A stretch of 64,000 nucleotides of DNA from Scyliorhinus canicula. Lineage: Eukaryota. Position 1 is the first letter of the stretch; every line of letters starts with the position of its first letter. Below, piece by piece: positions 1 to 12,515 of the stretch. Under the pieces are notes generated by a model that saw only the letters and a program-made list of their open reading frames with translations, searched no databases and had not been told where the DNA came from. Both the position numbers and the translations under genes were made by a program. Where the stretch lies: the NCBI RefSeq assembly GCF_902713615.1, contig NC_052172.1, positions 13,735,327-13,799,326 of the forward strand, in the 5' to 3' direction.

Positions 1-480
1 TTACACACTGTGTCTGTACTTACTGTATCCTCACTGTGTTACACACTGTGTCTGTACTTACTGTATCCTCACTGTGTTACACACTGTGTCTGTACTTACT
101 GTATCCTCACTGTGTTACACACTGTGTCTGCACTTACTGTATCCTCACTGTGTTACACACTGTGTCTGTACTTACTGTATCCTCACTGTGTTACACACTG
201 TGTCTGTACTTACTGTATCCTCACTGTGTTACACACTGTGTCTGCACTTACTGTATCCTCACTGTGTTACACACTGTGTCTGTACTTACTGTATCCTCAC
301 TGTGTTACACACTGTGTCTGTACTTACTGTATCCTCACTGTGTTACACACTGTGTCTGTACTTACTGTATCCTCACTGTGTTACACACTGTGTCTGTACT
401 TACTGTATCCTCACTGTGTTACACACTGTGTCTGCACTTACTGTATCCTCACTGTGTTACACACTGTGTCTGCATTTACT
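1..480. repeat. 38-bp tandem minisatellite (ttacacactgtgtctgtacttactgtatcctcactgtg)n
   Basis: Near-perfect 38-bp periodicity read directly. It degrades into the related array downstream. Confidence 0.9.
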
Positions 481-3400
481 GTACCTTCACTGTGTGTGCT
501 CAGTGTGTCCGCAGTTACTGTATGCTTATTGTGTGTATGCCCACTTTGTCTGCACTAACTCTATCCACACTGTGTGTACGCTCACTGTATCTGCACATAC
601 TGTACCTGTACTCTGTGTACACTCACTGTTTCTGCATGTACTGTATCCGTACTGTGCATCTGCTCACTATATCTGCACTTACTGTGTCTGCACTATTTGT
701 ACGTTCACTATGTCTGCACTTACTGAATCCGCATTCTGTGTATGCTCAGTGTCTGCATGTACTGTATCCACAGTGTCTGCATTGTATCAAGCACTGACTG
801 CATCTGCATTGTATCCAGTACTGACTGTGTCTAGGCAATATCCAGTGCTGCCTGTGTCTGCATCATATCTAGTACTGACTGTGTCTGCACCATATGCAGT
901 GATGACCTCATCTGCACTGTATCCAGTGCTGACTGGGTGTGTACTGAATCCAGCTGATTGTGTCTGCATTGTATCCAGCACTCTTTATGTCAGCAGTGTA
1001 ACCAGTGCTGATTGCATATTCATTGTATCCTGCAATGACTGTAGCAGCACTGTATCCAGCACTAACTGTGTCTACACTGCATCCAGCACTGACTGTGTGT
1101 GCCCTATATCCATCGCTGACTGTGGCTGCATGGTATACAGTGCTGACTGGATGTGCACTGATTCCACCTCTGACTTTGTTTGCTTTATATCCAGCACTAT
1201 GTCTGCATGGTATCCAGTGTTCACTGTGTCTGCACTTTATCCAGCCCTCACCGCTTCTGCACTGTATGCAGAACTCACTGTATCTGTATTGTGTCGAGCA
1301 CTCATTATGTCTACACTTTATCCAGCACTGTCTTTATCTGCACAGCATCCAGCACTCACTAAGGCTGCACTGTATCCAGTGTTCACTGTGCTTGCACTGT
1401 AACCAGTGATCAGCATGGCTGCATTGTATACAGCGATCACTGTGTCTGCACTGTAACCAGTGCTCATGAAGTCTGCACTGTATCCAGTGTTCACTGTGGC
1501 TGCCCTGTGTCCAATGATCAGTGTCTGCACTGTATCCAGTGTTTACTGTGCCTGCACTGCATCCAGTGATCACTATGTCCGCACTGTATCCAGTGATCAG
1601 TGTCTGCACTGTATCCAGTGTTCACTGTGCCTGCACTGTATCCAGCATTCACTGTGGCTGTACTGTATCCAGTGATCACGGTGCCTGCACTGTATCCAGC
1701 ACTCATTATGTCTGCACTGTATCCAGTGTTCACAGTGCCTGCTGTGTATCCAGTGATCCGTGTCTGCACTGTATCCAGTGCTCACTAAGTCTGCACTGCA
1801 TCCAGTTTTCACTGTGCCTGCAGTGTATCCAGTGATCACTGTGCCTCCACTGCATCCAGTGTTCACGGTGCTTGCATTGTATCCAGTGTTCACGGTGCCT
1901 GCTCTGTATCCAGTGATCCGTGTCTGCACTGTATCCAGTGCTCACTAAGTCTGCACTGCATCCAGTGTTCACTGTGCCTGCAGTGTATCCAGTGATCACT
2001 GTGCCTGCACTGCACCAGTGTTTACGGTGCCTGCACTGTATCCAGTGTTCACGGTGCCTGCACTGTATCCAGCATTCACTATGTCACGGTAGCATGGTGG
2101 TTAGCATCAATGCTTCACAGCTCCAGTGGTCCCAGGTTCGATTCCCGGCTGGGTCACTGTCTGTGTGGAGTCTGCACGTCCTTCCCGTGTGTGCGTGGGT
2201 TTCCTCCGGGTGCTCCGGTTTCCTCCCACAGTCCAAAGATGTGCGGGTTAGGTGGATTGGCCATGCTAAATTGCCCGTAGTGTAAGGTTAATGGGGGGAT
2301 TGTTGGGTTACGGGTATACGGGTTACGTGGGTTTAAGTAGGGTGATCATTGCTCGGCACAACATTGAGGGCCGAAGGGCCTGTTCTGTGCTGTACTGTTC
2401 TATGTTCTAACTCACTATGTCTGCACTGTATCCAGTGTTCACGGTGCCTGTACTGTATCCAGCACTCACTATGTCTTCACTGTATCCAGTGTTCATGGTG
2501 CCTGCACTGTATCCAGCACTCACTATGTCTGCACTGTATCCAGTGTTCATGGTGCCTGCACTGTATCCAGTGATCAGTGTCTGCACTGTACCCAGTGCTC
2601 ACTAAGTCTGCACTGCATCCAGTGTTCACTGTGCCTGCAGTGTATCCAGTGTTCACTGTGCCTCTGCTGCATCCAGTGTTCACGGTGCCAGCACTGTATC
2701 CAGTGTTCACGATGCCTGCATTGTATCGTTTTCACATTGCCTGCACTGTATTCAGTGTTCACGATGTCTGCACTGTATCCAGTGTTCATGGTGCCTGCAC
2801 TGTATCCAGTGATCAGTGTCTGCACTGTATCCAGTGCTCACTAAGTCTGCACTGCATCCAGTGTTCACTGTGCCTGCAGTGTATCCAGTGTTCACTGTGC
2901 CTCTACTGCATCCAGTGTTCACGGAGCCAGCACTGTATCCAGTGTTCACGGTGCCTGCATTGTATCCAGTGCTCACTATGCCTGCACTGTATCGTTTTCA
3001 CATTGCCTGCACTGTATCCAGTGTTCACGGTGCCTGCACTGTATCCAGTGTTCACTGTGTCTGCACTGTATCCAGTCTTCACTGTGCCTGCACTGTATCC
3101 AGTGATGTGTCTGCACTGTATCCAGTGTTCACGGTGTCTGCACTGTTGCGTGTTCATTGTGCCTGCACTGTATCGTGATCAGTGTCTGCACTGTATTCAG
3201 TGCTCACTTATTCTGCACTGCATCCAATGTTCACTGTGCCTGCACTGCATCCAGTGTTTACGGTGCCTGCATTGTATCCAATGTTCACGGTGCCTGCATT
3301 TTATCCAGTGCTCACTGTGCCTGCACTGTATCCAGTGTTCACAGTGCCTGCACTGTATCCAGCACTCACTATGTCTGCACTGTATCCAGTGTTCACGGTG

Positions 3401-4320
3401 CCTGCACTGTATCCAGCACTCACTCTGTCTGCACTGTATCCAGTGTTCACTGTGCCTGAACTGTATCCAGCACTCACTATGTCTGCACTGTATCTAGTGT
3501 TCACTGTGCCTGCACTGTATCCAGCACTCACTATGTCTGCACTGTATCTGGTGTTCACAGTGCCTGCACTGTATCCAGCACTCACTAGGTCTGCACTGTA
3601 TCCAGTGTTCACGGTGCCTGCGCTGTATCCAGCGCTCACTATGTCTGCACTGTATCCAGTGTTCACTGTGCCCGAACTGTATCCAGCACTCACTATGTCT
3701 TCACTGTATCCAGTGTTCACGGTGCCCGCACTGTATCCAGCGCTCACTATGTCTGCACTGTATCCAGTGTTCACGGTACCTGCACTGTATCCAGCGCTCA
3801 CTACGTCTGAACTGTATCCAGTGATCACTGTGCCTGCACTGTATCCAGCACTCACTATGTCTGTACTGTATCCAGTGATCACTGTGCCTGTACTGTATCC
3901 AGCACTCACTATGTCTGTACTGTATCCAGTGATCACTGTGCCTGTACTGTATCCAGCACTCACTATGTCTGCACTGTATCCAGTGATCACTGTGCCTGTA
4001 CTGTATCCAGCACTCACTATGTCTGCACTGTATCCAGTGATCACTGTGCCTGTACTGTATCCAGCACTCATTGGCTCTGTACTGTATCCAGTGATCACGG
4101 TGCCTGTACTGTATCCAGCACTCATTGGCTCTGCACTGTATCCAGTGATCACTGTGCCTGCACTGTATCCAGCACTCATTGGTTCTGTACTGTATCCAGT
4201 GATCACTGTGCCTGTACTGTATCCAGCACTCACTATGTCTGCACTGTATCCAGTGATCACTGTGCCTGTACTGTATCCAGCACTCACTGTGCCTGCACTG
4301 TATCCAGTGATCACTGTATC
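481..4320. repeat. 27-bp tandem satellite (core ctgcactgtatccagtgttcactgtgc) with a 54-bp two-unit higher-order structure toward the 3' end
   Basis: 9-aa periodicity in the translated frames, with ALYPVITVP and VLYPALTMS alternating. The left part is degenerate and the right part homogeneous. A SINE interrupts it at about 2085-2410. Confidence 0.88.
2085..2410 (+). mobile_element. tRNA-derived V-SINE (HE1-like) inserted in the satellite
   Basis: A/B-box-like head (tggtggttagc...ggttcgattccc), V-domain (gtgggtttcctccgggtgctccggtttcctcccacagtccaaaga) and (tgttcta)n tail. The flanking tcactatgt on both sides is a candidate target-site duplication. Confidence 0.88.
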
Positions 4321-4354
4321 CGCCTGGGAGCAGGACAGGCATGAAATTGCGTGG

Positions 4355-4405
4355 TGACGTCAGTGGGTGACGTCTAAAGCCGGAAGTCGGTGAAGACCCG
4401 GAAGT
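4355..4405 (+). promoter_or_regulatory. Housekeeping-type promoter: CRE TGACGTCA (4355-4362), CRE-like TGACGTCT (4368-4375), two ETS/GABP sites CCGGAAGT (4380-4387, 4398-4405)
   Basis: Four consensus motifs within 50 bp, in a short unique CpG-containing island between two repeat arrays and upstream of the novel spliced ORF. Confidence 0.75.
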
Positions 4406-4509
4406 CAGATTTTTTGGTGGCGGTGGGGCAAGAGAGAAACAGCCGGGAGCGGAAAACACAGAGTGGGTGTGTCCGGGAAGGTGGTGGTGGTCGTGGTCCG
4501 GGAAGGGGG

Positions 4510-5424
4510 CGGGTCAGGGTGTCCGGGGGTTTCAGTTCAGAGTGTCCGGGGGTTTCAGTTCAGAGTGTCCGGGGGTTTCAGTTCAGAGTGTCCGGGGGTT
4601 TCAGTTCAGAGTGTCCGGGGGTTTCAGTTCAGGGTGTCCGGGGGTTTCAGTTCAGAGTGTCCGGGGGTTTCAGTTCAGAGTGTCCGGGGGTTTCAGTTCA
4701 GGGTGTCCGGGGGTTTCAGTTCAGGGTGTCCGGGGGTTTCAGTTCAGGGTGTCCGGGGGTTTCAGTTCAGAGTGTCCGGGGGTTTCGGTTCAGAGTGTCC
4801 GGGGGTTTCGGTTCAGAGTGTCCGGGGGTTTCGGTTCAGAGTGTCCGGGGGTTTCGGTTCAGAGTGTCCGGGGGTTTCAGTTCAGAGTGTCCGGGATGGG
4901 GTCAGGGTGTCCGGGATGGGGTCAGGGTGTCCGGGATGGGGTCAGGGTGTCCGGGATGGGGTCAGGGTGTCCGGGATGGGGTCAGGGTGTCCGGGATGGG
5001 GTCAGAGTGTCCGGGATGGGGTCCGAGTGTCCGGGATGGGGTCAGGGTGTCCGGGATGGTGTCCGGGATGGGGTCAGGGTGTCCGGGATGGGGTCAGGGT
5101 GTCCGGGATGGGGTCCGGGTGTCCGGGATGGGGTCCGGGTGTCCGGGGTGGGGTCAGGGTGTCCGGGATGGGGTCAGAGTGTCCGGGATGGGGTCAGAGT
5201 GTCCGGGATGGGGTCAGAGTGTCCGGGATGGGGTCAGAGTGTCCGGGATGGGGTCAGAGTGTCCGGGATGGGGTCAGAGTGTCCGGGATGGGGGTCAGAG
5301 TGTCCGGGATGGGGGTCAGAGTGTCCGGGATGGGGTCAGAGTGTCCGGGATGGGGTCAGAGTGTCCGGGATGGGGTCAGAGTGTCCGGGATGGGGTCAGG
5401 GTGTCCCGGATGGGGTCAGAATGC

Positions 5425-5481
<57 letters not shown>
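4510..5481. repeat. G-rich tandem repeats (23-bp gtccgggggtttcagttcagagt, then 20-bp gtccgggatggggtcagggt) ending in a ~55-nt poly-G run
   Basis: Direct periodicity. Lies in the putative first intron of the novel gene. Confidence 0.9.
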
Positions 5482-5482
<1 letters not shown>

Positions 5483-5577
5483 GCAGTGATTGTTGTCACC
5501 GATTTCTGACTGATTGTTTTCTATGCTGAACGTTCAGATTTGGAGATTATCGAATAATCCTCTAGCCCTGCGGGACC

Positions 5578-5625
5578 ATGGCAGGTGGAGGTGGCGGGCT
5601 TGGCCTGGCAGAGCTGGCACAGCAG
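5578..5625 (+). CDS. Uncharacterised 101-aa protein, coding exon 1 (MAGGGGGLGLAELAQQ)
   Basis: Strong Kozak context gaccATGG. Upstream acceptor ttcag at 5537 with a ctgac branch-like motif. Donor CAG|GTAAAC at 5625/5626, phase 0. Confidence 0.72.
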
Positions 5626-5689
5626 GTAAACCTCCACAAACCATCCAGAGCAAACCTAACCCTGTCCGCCTGCCGGTTCCCCCCTCCCA

Positions 5690-8040
5690 CCCCCATGACC
5701 CTCCTCCCCATTCATTACCCCCCTCCCCATTCATTACCCCCCTCCCCATTCATTACCCCCCTCCCCATTCATTACCCCCCTCCCCATTCATTACCCCCCT
5801 CCCCATTCATTACCCCCCCATGACCCTCCTCCCCATTCATTACCCCCCTCCCCATTCATTACCCCCTCCCCATTCATTACCCCCTCCCCATTCATTACCC
5901 CCTCCCCATTCATTACCCCCCTCCCCATTCATTACCCCCTCCCCATTCATTACCCCCTCCCCATTCATTACCCCCTCCCCATTCATTACCCCCTCCCCAT
6001 TCATTACCCCCTCCCCATTCATTACCCCCTCCCCATTCATTCCCCCTCCCCATTCATTACCCCCTCCCCATTCATTACCCCCTCCCCATTCATTACCCCC
6101 TCCCCATTCATTACCCCCTCCCCATTCATTACCCCCTCCCCATTCATTACCCCCTCCCCATTCATTACCCCCTCCCCATTCATTACCCCCCTCCCCATGA
6201 CCCGACCCCCCCATGACCCGACCCCCCCATGACCCGACCCCCCCATGACCCGACCCCCCCATGACCCGACCCCCCCATGACCCGACCCCCCATGACCCGA
6301 CCCCCCCATGACCCGACCCCCCCATGACCCACCCCCCCATGACCCGACCCCCCCATGACCCGACCCCCCCATGACCCGACCCCCCCATGACCCGATCCCC
6401 CCATGACCCGATCCCCCCATGACCCTCTCTCCTACCCCCATGTCCCCTCCTCCTACCCCATGTCCCCTCCTCCTACCCCATGTCCCCTCCTCCTACCCCC
6501 ATGTCCCCTCTTCCTACCCCCATGTCCCCTCTTCCTACCCCCATGTCCCCTCTTCCTACCCCCATGTCCCCTCTTCCTACCCCCATGTCCCCTCTTCCTA
6601 CCCCCATGTCCCCTCTTCCTACCCCCATGTCCCCTCTTCCTACCCCCATGTCCCCTCTTCCTACCTCCATGTCCCCCCCTTCCTACCCCCATGTCCCCCC
6701 CTCCCTACCCCATGTCCCCCCCTCCCTACCCCCATGTCCCCCCCTCCCTACCCCCATGTCCCCCCCTCCCTACCCCCATGTCCCCCCCTCCCTACCCCCA
6801 TGTCCCCCCCTCCCTACCCCCATGTCCCCCCCTCCCTACCCCCTGTCCCCCCCTCCCTACCCCCATGTCCCCCCTCCCTACCCCCATGTCCCCCCCTCCC
6901 TACCCCCATGTCCCCCCCTCCCTACCCCCATGTCCCCCCCTCCCTACCCCCATGTCCCCCCCTCCCTACCCCCATGTCCCCCCTCCCTACCCCCATGTCC
7001 CCCCCTCCCTACCCCCATGTGCCCCCCTCCCTACCCCCATGTGCCCCCCTCCCTACCCCCATGTGCCCCCCTCCCTACCCCCATGTGCCCCCCCTCCCTA
7101 CCCCCATGTGCCCCCCTCCCTACCCCCATGTGCCCCCCCTCCCTACCCCCATGTGCCCCCCCTCCCTACCCCCATGTGCCCCCCCTCCCTACCCCCATGT
7201 GCCCCCCCTCCCTACCCCCATGTGCCCCCCCTCCCTACCCCCATGTGCCCCCCCTCCCTACCCCCATGTGCCCACCCTCCCTACCCCCAGGTGCCCCCCC
7301 CTCCCTACCCCCATGTGCCCCCCCTCCTACCCCCATGTGCCCCCCCTCCCTACCCCCATGTGCCCCCCCTCCCTACCCCCATGTCCCCCCCTCCCCACCC
7401 CCATGTCCCCCCCTCCCCACCCCATGTCCCCCCCTCCCCCCCCCATGTCCCCCCCCTCCCACCCCCATGTCCCCTCACCCTCCCACCCCATGTCCCCCCC
7501 TCCCCACCCCCCATGTCCCCCCCTCCCCACCCCATGTCCCCCCCTCCCAACCCCATGTCGCCCCCCTCCCCAACACCATAGTCCCCCCCCGCCCCACCCC
7601 CATGTCCCCCCTCTCCCCACCCCCCATGTCCCCCCCCTCCCCACCACCCCCATGTCCCCCCCTCTCCCCACCCCCATGTCCCCCCCTCCCCCACCCCAAT
7701 GTCCCCCCCATGTCCCCACCTCCCACCCCATGGTCCCCCCTCCCGCACCCCCATGTCCCGCCCCTCCCAACCCCCATGTCCCCCCCTCCCCATCCCCTCA
7801 TGTCCCCCCCCTCCCCACCCCAATGTCCCCCCCCCCCCCCCCCCATGTCCCCCCCTCCCCACCCCCATGTCCCCCCCTCCCCACCCCCATGTCCCCCCCT
7901 CCCCACCCCCATGTCCCACCACTCCCCCACCCCCCATGTCCCCCCACCCCACCCGCCCATGTCCCCCCCTCTCCACCCCCATGTCCCCCCCTCTCCACCC
8001 CCATGTCCCCCCCTCTCCACCCCCATGTCCCCCCCTCTCC
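5690..8040. repeat. C-rich minisatellite series (ccccattcattaccccct; ccccatgacccgacccc; cccccatgtcccccctcccta)
   Basis: Units of 18-22 bp that change progressively along the array. Intronic. Confidence 0.9.
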
Positions 8041-8094
8041 CTGCCTGTGACTCCATCACTTGAAGCTGGAACGATGTTCTGATTTTTGTTGCAG

Positions 8095-8226
8095 GTGGCA
8101 CTGTGGAACTGGCTGAATTGTGATGATGAAATGAGCAAACAGCTGCTGAAGGCAGTGACTGGAGTGCGAGTGGCTCACTCACTTTACCAGCACCTAACGG
8201 GGCAGGATCTCATTGACATGTACAAG
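8095..8226 (+). CDS. Uncharacterised 101-aa protein, coding exon 2 (VALWNWLNCDDEMSKQLLKAVTGVRVAHSLYQHLTGQDLIDMYK)
   Basis: Acceptor ttctgatttttgttgcag| and donor AAG|GTAATG. 132 nt, open, phase 0/0, non-repetitive and protein-like in composition. Confidence 0.78.
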
Positions 8227-8269
8227 GTAATGAGAGTGGCAATCACCCCAAGAGTGTTTGCCGGGGAAA

Positions 8270-8540
8270 GTGCTTTTACTCTGTATCTAACCCCGTGCTG
8301 TACCTGCCCTGGGAGTGTTTGATGGGGACAGTGTAGAGGGAGCTTTACTCTGTATCTAACCCCGTGCTGTACCTGTCCTGGGAGTGTTTGATGGGGACAG
8401 TGTAGAGGGAGCTTTACTCTGTATCTAACCACGTGCTGTACCTGTCCTGGGAGTGTTTGATGGGGACAGTGTAGAGGGAGCTTTACTCTGTATCTAACCC
8501 CGTGCTGTTCCTGCCCCCTGTTTGATGGGGACAGTGTGGG
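8270..8540. repeat. 69-bp tandem repeat (ctgtatctaaccccgtgctgtacctgtcctgggagtgtttgatggggacagtgtagagggagctttact)
   Basis: 23-aa periodicity in the ORF track. Same family as 13590-14790 and 15930-16490. Confidence 0.9.
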
Positions 8541-8619
8541 GAGAACCCCTGCAGGAACAGTTTCAAGGTGAAGGGAGTGGACTGATGTGAGGTCATTCAC
8601 TGTTGCGGTGAGAATAGAG

Positions 8620-9180
8620 AGATGAGAATATTTTTGGAAAGGTGTAAAACTACAAAAGGTTGATCGTCCGAGGGACTTGGGCATTCTCCTACAAGGAACA
8701 TGAAGTTAGCATGTAGGTGCAACAAGAAATTAGGAAGGACATCTTGCCTATTAATGCAAGGGTGTTGGAGCAGAAGAATAAAGGTGTAATTATACGGGGC
8801 TTTAGTGGGACTACATTGTGCCCAGTTTTGGTCACCATATTTAAGACACAATAAATGTGTCTTGGAGGTGGTTCAATGAAGGTTCACTCTGTTGGCCCCT
8901 GTGTGAGAGGATTGTCCTATGATGAGAGGCTGGGTCAGTGGTGTCTATATTCTCTGGCATTTGGAAGAATGAGTGGTGATCTCATTGAAGCAAAGGATTC
9001 TGGAGGGGTTTGACGGGGAAGATACTGAGAGGCTCTTCCCGCTGGTTGGGGAATCGTAGAACACAGGTACAGCCTCAGGGTTAGGGGGCCGATCATTTGA
9101 GATTAAGATGAGGAGAAACCTCTTCACTCAGTTGTGAATCTTTGAAATTCTCCACCGCACAGTTACCGCTGAATATATTT
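8620..9180 (+). mobile_element. Degenerate CR1-type LINE 3' fragment
   Basis: Resembles the CR1 ORF2 C-terminus (tgtgcccagttttggtcacc... agaatgagtggtgatctcattgaa) seen in better-preserved copies at 25270-27170 and 52520-53088. Confidence 0.65.
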
Positions 9181-9709
9181 CAGGCCTTCCGCAGGAAATT
9201 AGAGGGTTGGTCATACACTTAATGGCAATAGATAACATCACAGGGCCTGAATGGACGGCAGTCGTGAGAGTTTGACCCTCAACGCCAATTGGGGTCACCC
9301 CAGATTGAGTTCAAGCCCAACCCTGTGTTGCAATGGGAAAGGGAGGTCTAGGAGCTGCTCGCAATCAGCATGGGATTTTGATCTTTGTGGGGAATGAAAG
9401 GATGTGGGGAGTTGGCGGGAAGGCGAGTTCAGGGTCAAAGATCAGCCATGATCGTATTGAATGGTGCAGCAGGCACCAGGGGCTGAATGGTCTAATCCTG
9501 CTCCTATTTTGTGTTGCATGTTTGCCCAGTTTGCCTCTTCCCGACTTCCCTACCCTGTGGTTCCTAAGAGTAGCAGATGGGGGCAGGTTGGAGAGTTGGT
9601 GACTATCTCCCTCCACTGCTTTCCGGGTGCTTTTAAGTCGAGAGGATGTTTCGAAGAAACCCGGCCCTCCCTTTGCCGTGATTAACCGCTTGCTGGCTTT
9701 TGCCCTCAG

Positions 9710-9835
9710 AGACAGTGTATCCTTGGCATCGTGGAGTTTGTGAAGGAGCACCCCCGGGCCTCACCATCACAGCTGAACAAGGAGCTGGAGAAGCAAGTTC
9801 TGCTGTTTGCAGCCAAAGTCCATGCCCTGCACTAA
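9710..9835 (+). CDS. Uncharacterised 101-aa protein, coding exon 3 (RQCILGIVEFVKEHPRASPSQLNKELEKQVLLFAAKVHALH*)
   Basis: Acceptor cttttgccctcag|, in frame with exon 2, GC3-rich codons, TAA at 9833-9835. AATAAA at 10059-10064 and 10140-10145. Confidence 0.75.
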   Translation, partial: RQCILGIVEFVKEHPRASPSQLNKELEKQVLLFAAKVHALH

Positions 9836-10319
9836 CGTAATGGCTGGCGATTACGGGGAGGATCCTGACCAACTCCAAACCGCATCGTTCTTGAACTGAG
9901 CTGCCCCCAGTTGGCGCTTGTTTGTTAAACTCTATCATAATCCTTGTTGCTCTTCACTCTGTCCTCTGTAACATTCCCTGTTTGCTGCTGATCCTGTGAC
10001 CAAGTCGTGCGGTGGCCCCGAAGGTTTGAAGATGTGCACTAGTTGCTGGGGGTGTCCCAATAAACAGGGGCTTTTGACCGCATGTGTCTCAGGTTGGGTC
10101 CTGCAGCGATTATAATACAGCCTTGTACACCTTGTTCTAAATAAAATGAAATCTCTGTGAACGAACCCAGCCCTGAATGTCTCATTTTATTGTTTTGAAA
10201 TCCTCCTTCATCCGGTTTGTTTTACGTTGTTTTACCACACTGAGAGGGTTGGGGTGGAGCATCAATGCCAGATTGGGACAGAATGCACAGGGAATGCTGC
10301 ACAATTGATGCAATTCACC

Positions 10320-12515
10320 TACCGCCCGGGAGGGGGCGCTGTGGGCGGAGGGAGCGCTGTGGACGGAGGGGGTGTGTGGGCGGAGGCCGGGCTGGGCGGA
10401 GGGGGCGCTGTAGGCGGAGGCCGGGCGCTGTGGGCGGAGGGGGCGCTGTGGGCGGAGGCCCGACTGGGTGGAGGGGCGCTGTGGGCGGAGGCCGGGCCGG
10501 GCGGAGGGGTCACTGTGGGAAGGGGCGCTGTGGGCGGAGGCCGGGCCGGGCGGAGGGGGCACTGTGGGAAGGGGCGCTGTGGGCGGAGGCCGGGGAGGGC
10601 GCTGTGGGCGGAGGACAGGCCGGGCGGAGGGGGCATGTGGGTGGAGGCCGGAAGGGGGCGCTGTGGGCGGGGGCCGGGCGGAGGGGGTGCTGTGGGGGGG
10701 GGGCGGGCGGAGGGGGCGCTGTGAGCGGAGGCCGGAGAGGGCGCTGTGGGCGGAGGCTGGGCCGGGCGGAGAGGGCGCTGTGGGCGGAGGCCGGGCCAGT
10801 ATGAGGGGGCGCTGTGGGCGGAGGCCGGGCCAGTATGAGGGGGCGCTGTGGGCGGAGGCCGGGCGGAGAGGGCGCTGTGGGCGGAGGCCGGGCCAGTATG
10901 AGGGGGCGCTGTGGGCGGAGGCCGGGCCGGGCGGAGAGGGCGCTGTGGGCGGAGGCCGGGCCGGGCAGAGGGGGCGCTGTGGGCGGAGGCCGGGCCGGGC
11001 AGAGGGGGCGCTGTGGGCGGAGGCCGGGCCAGTATGAGGGGGCGCTGTGGGCGGAGGCTGGGCCGGTATGAGGGGGCGCTGTGGGCGGAGGCCGGGCCGG
11101 GCGGAGGGGACGCTGTGGGTGGAGGGGACGCTGTGGGCGGAGGCCGGGCCGGGCCAGGCAGAGGGGGCGCTGTGGGCGGAGGCCGGGCCAGGATGAGAGG
11201 GCGCTGTGGGCGGAGGCCGGGCCGGGCAGAGGGGGCGCTGTGGGCGGAGGCCGGGCCTGGAGGAGGGGGCGCTGTGGGCGGAGGCTGGGCCGGGCAGAGG
11301 GGGCGCTGCGGGCGGAGGCTGGGCCGGGATGAGGGGGCGCTATGGGCGGAGGGGGCGCTGTGGGCGGATGCCAGGCGGAGGGGGTGCTGTGGGCGGAGGC
11401 CGGGCCGGGATGAGGGGGCGCTGTGGGCGGAGGGGGCGCTGTGGGCGGAGGTCGGGCCGGGCAGAGGGGGCGCTGTCGGCGGAGGGGGCGCTGTGGGCGG
11501 AGGTCGGGCCGGGCGGAGGGGGATCTGTGGGCGGAGGTCGGGCCGGGCGGAGGGGGCGCTGTGGGCGGAGGTCGGGCCGGGCGGAGGGGGCGCTGTGGGC
11601 GGAGAGTGCGCTGTGGGCGGAGGCCGGGCCGGGATGAGGGGGCGGAGGGGGCGCTGTGGGCGGAGGGGGCGCTGTGGGCGGAGGGGGCGCTGTGGGCGGA
11701 GGCCGGGCCGGGATGAGGGGGCGGAGGGGGTGCTGTGGGCGGAGGGGGCGCTGTGGGCGGAGGGGGCGCTGTGGGCGGAGGTCGGGCTGGGCGGAGGGGG
11801 CGCTGTGGGCGGAGGTTGGGCCGGGCGGAGGGGGCGCTGTGGGCGGAGGCCGGGCCGGGATGAGGGGGCGCTGTGGGCGGAGGCCGGGCCGGACAGAGGG
11901 GGCGCTGTAGGCGGAGGCTGGGCCGGGATGAGGGGCGCTGTGGGCGGAGGCCAGAGGGGGCGCTGTGGGCGGAGGCTGGGCCGGGCGGAGGTGGCGCTGT
12001 GGGCGGAGGCTGGGCGGAGAGGGCGCTGCGGGCGGAGGCTGGGCTGGGATGAGGGGGCGCTATGGGCGGAGGGGGCGCTGTGGGCAGATGCCAGGCGGAG
12101 GGGGCGCTGTGGGTGCAGGCCGGGGGATGAGGGGGCGCTGTGGGCGGAGGGGGCGCTGTGGGCGGAGGTCGGGCCGGGCGGAGGGGGCGCTGTGGGCGGA
12201 GGTCGGGCCGGGCGGAGGGGGCGCTGTGGGCGGAGGTCGGGCCGGGCGGAGGGGGCGCTGTGAGCGGAGGTCGGGCGCTGTGGGCGGAGGGGGCGCTGTG
12301 GGCGGAGGTCGGGCCGGGCGGAGGGGGCGCTGTGGGCGGAGGTCGGGCCGGGCGGAGGGGGCGCTGTGGGCGGAGGGGGCGCTGTGGGCGGAGGGGGCGC
12401 TGTGAGCGGAGGTCGGGCCGGGCGGAGGGGGCGCTGTGGGCGGAGGTCGGGCCGGGCGGGGGGGCGCTGTGGGCAGAGGTCGGGCCGGGCGGAGGGGGCG
12501 CTGTGGGCGGAGGCC
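10320..12515. repeat. GC/CpG-rich tandem repeat (gggcgctgtgggcggaggccgggccgggcggagg variants) abutting the DMWD/WDR20-like start
   Basis: Direct periodicity with many GGGCGG boxes. Ends about 20 bp before the ATG at 12538. Confidence 0.9.

Noticed and set aside
3301-4314. Minus-strand ORF with TGYSAGTVS/AGYSTGTVI repeats, superficially like bacterial ice-nucleation protein repeats
   Set aside because: It is the translation of a 27-bp satellite that is open in several frames on both strands. The period is 9 aa rather than 8/16 aa, and there is no start context or splice structure.
4390-8182. Long Gly/Pro/Cys-rich ORFs over the minisatellites
   Set aside because: These are tandem-repeat translations. 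Only the small unique exons at 5578-5625 and 8095-8226 have splice signals and protein-like content.
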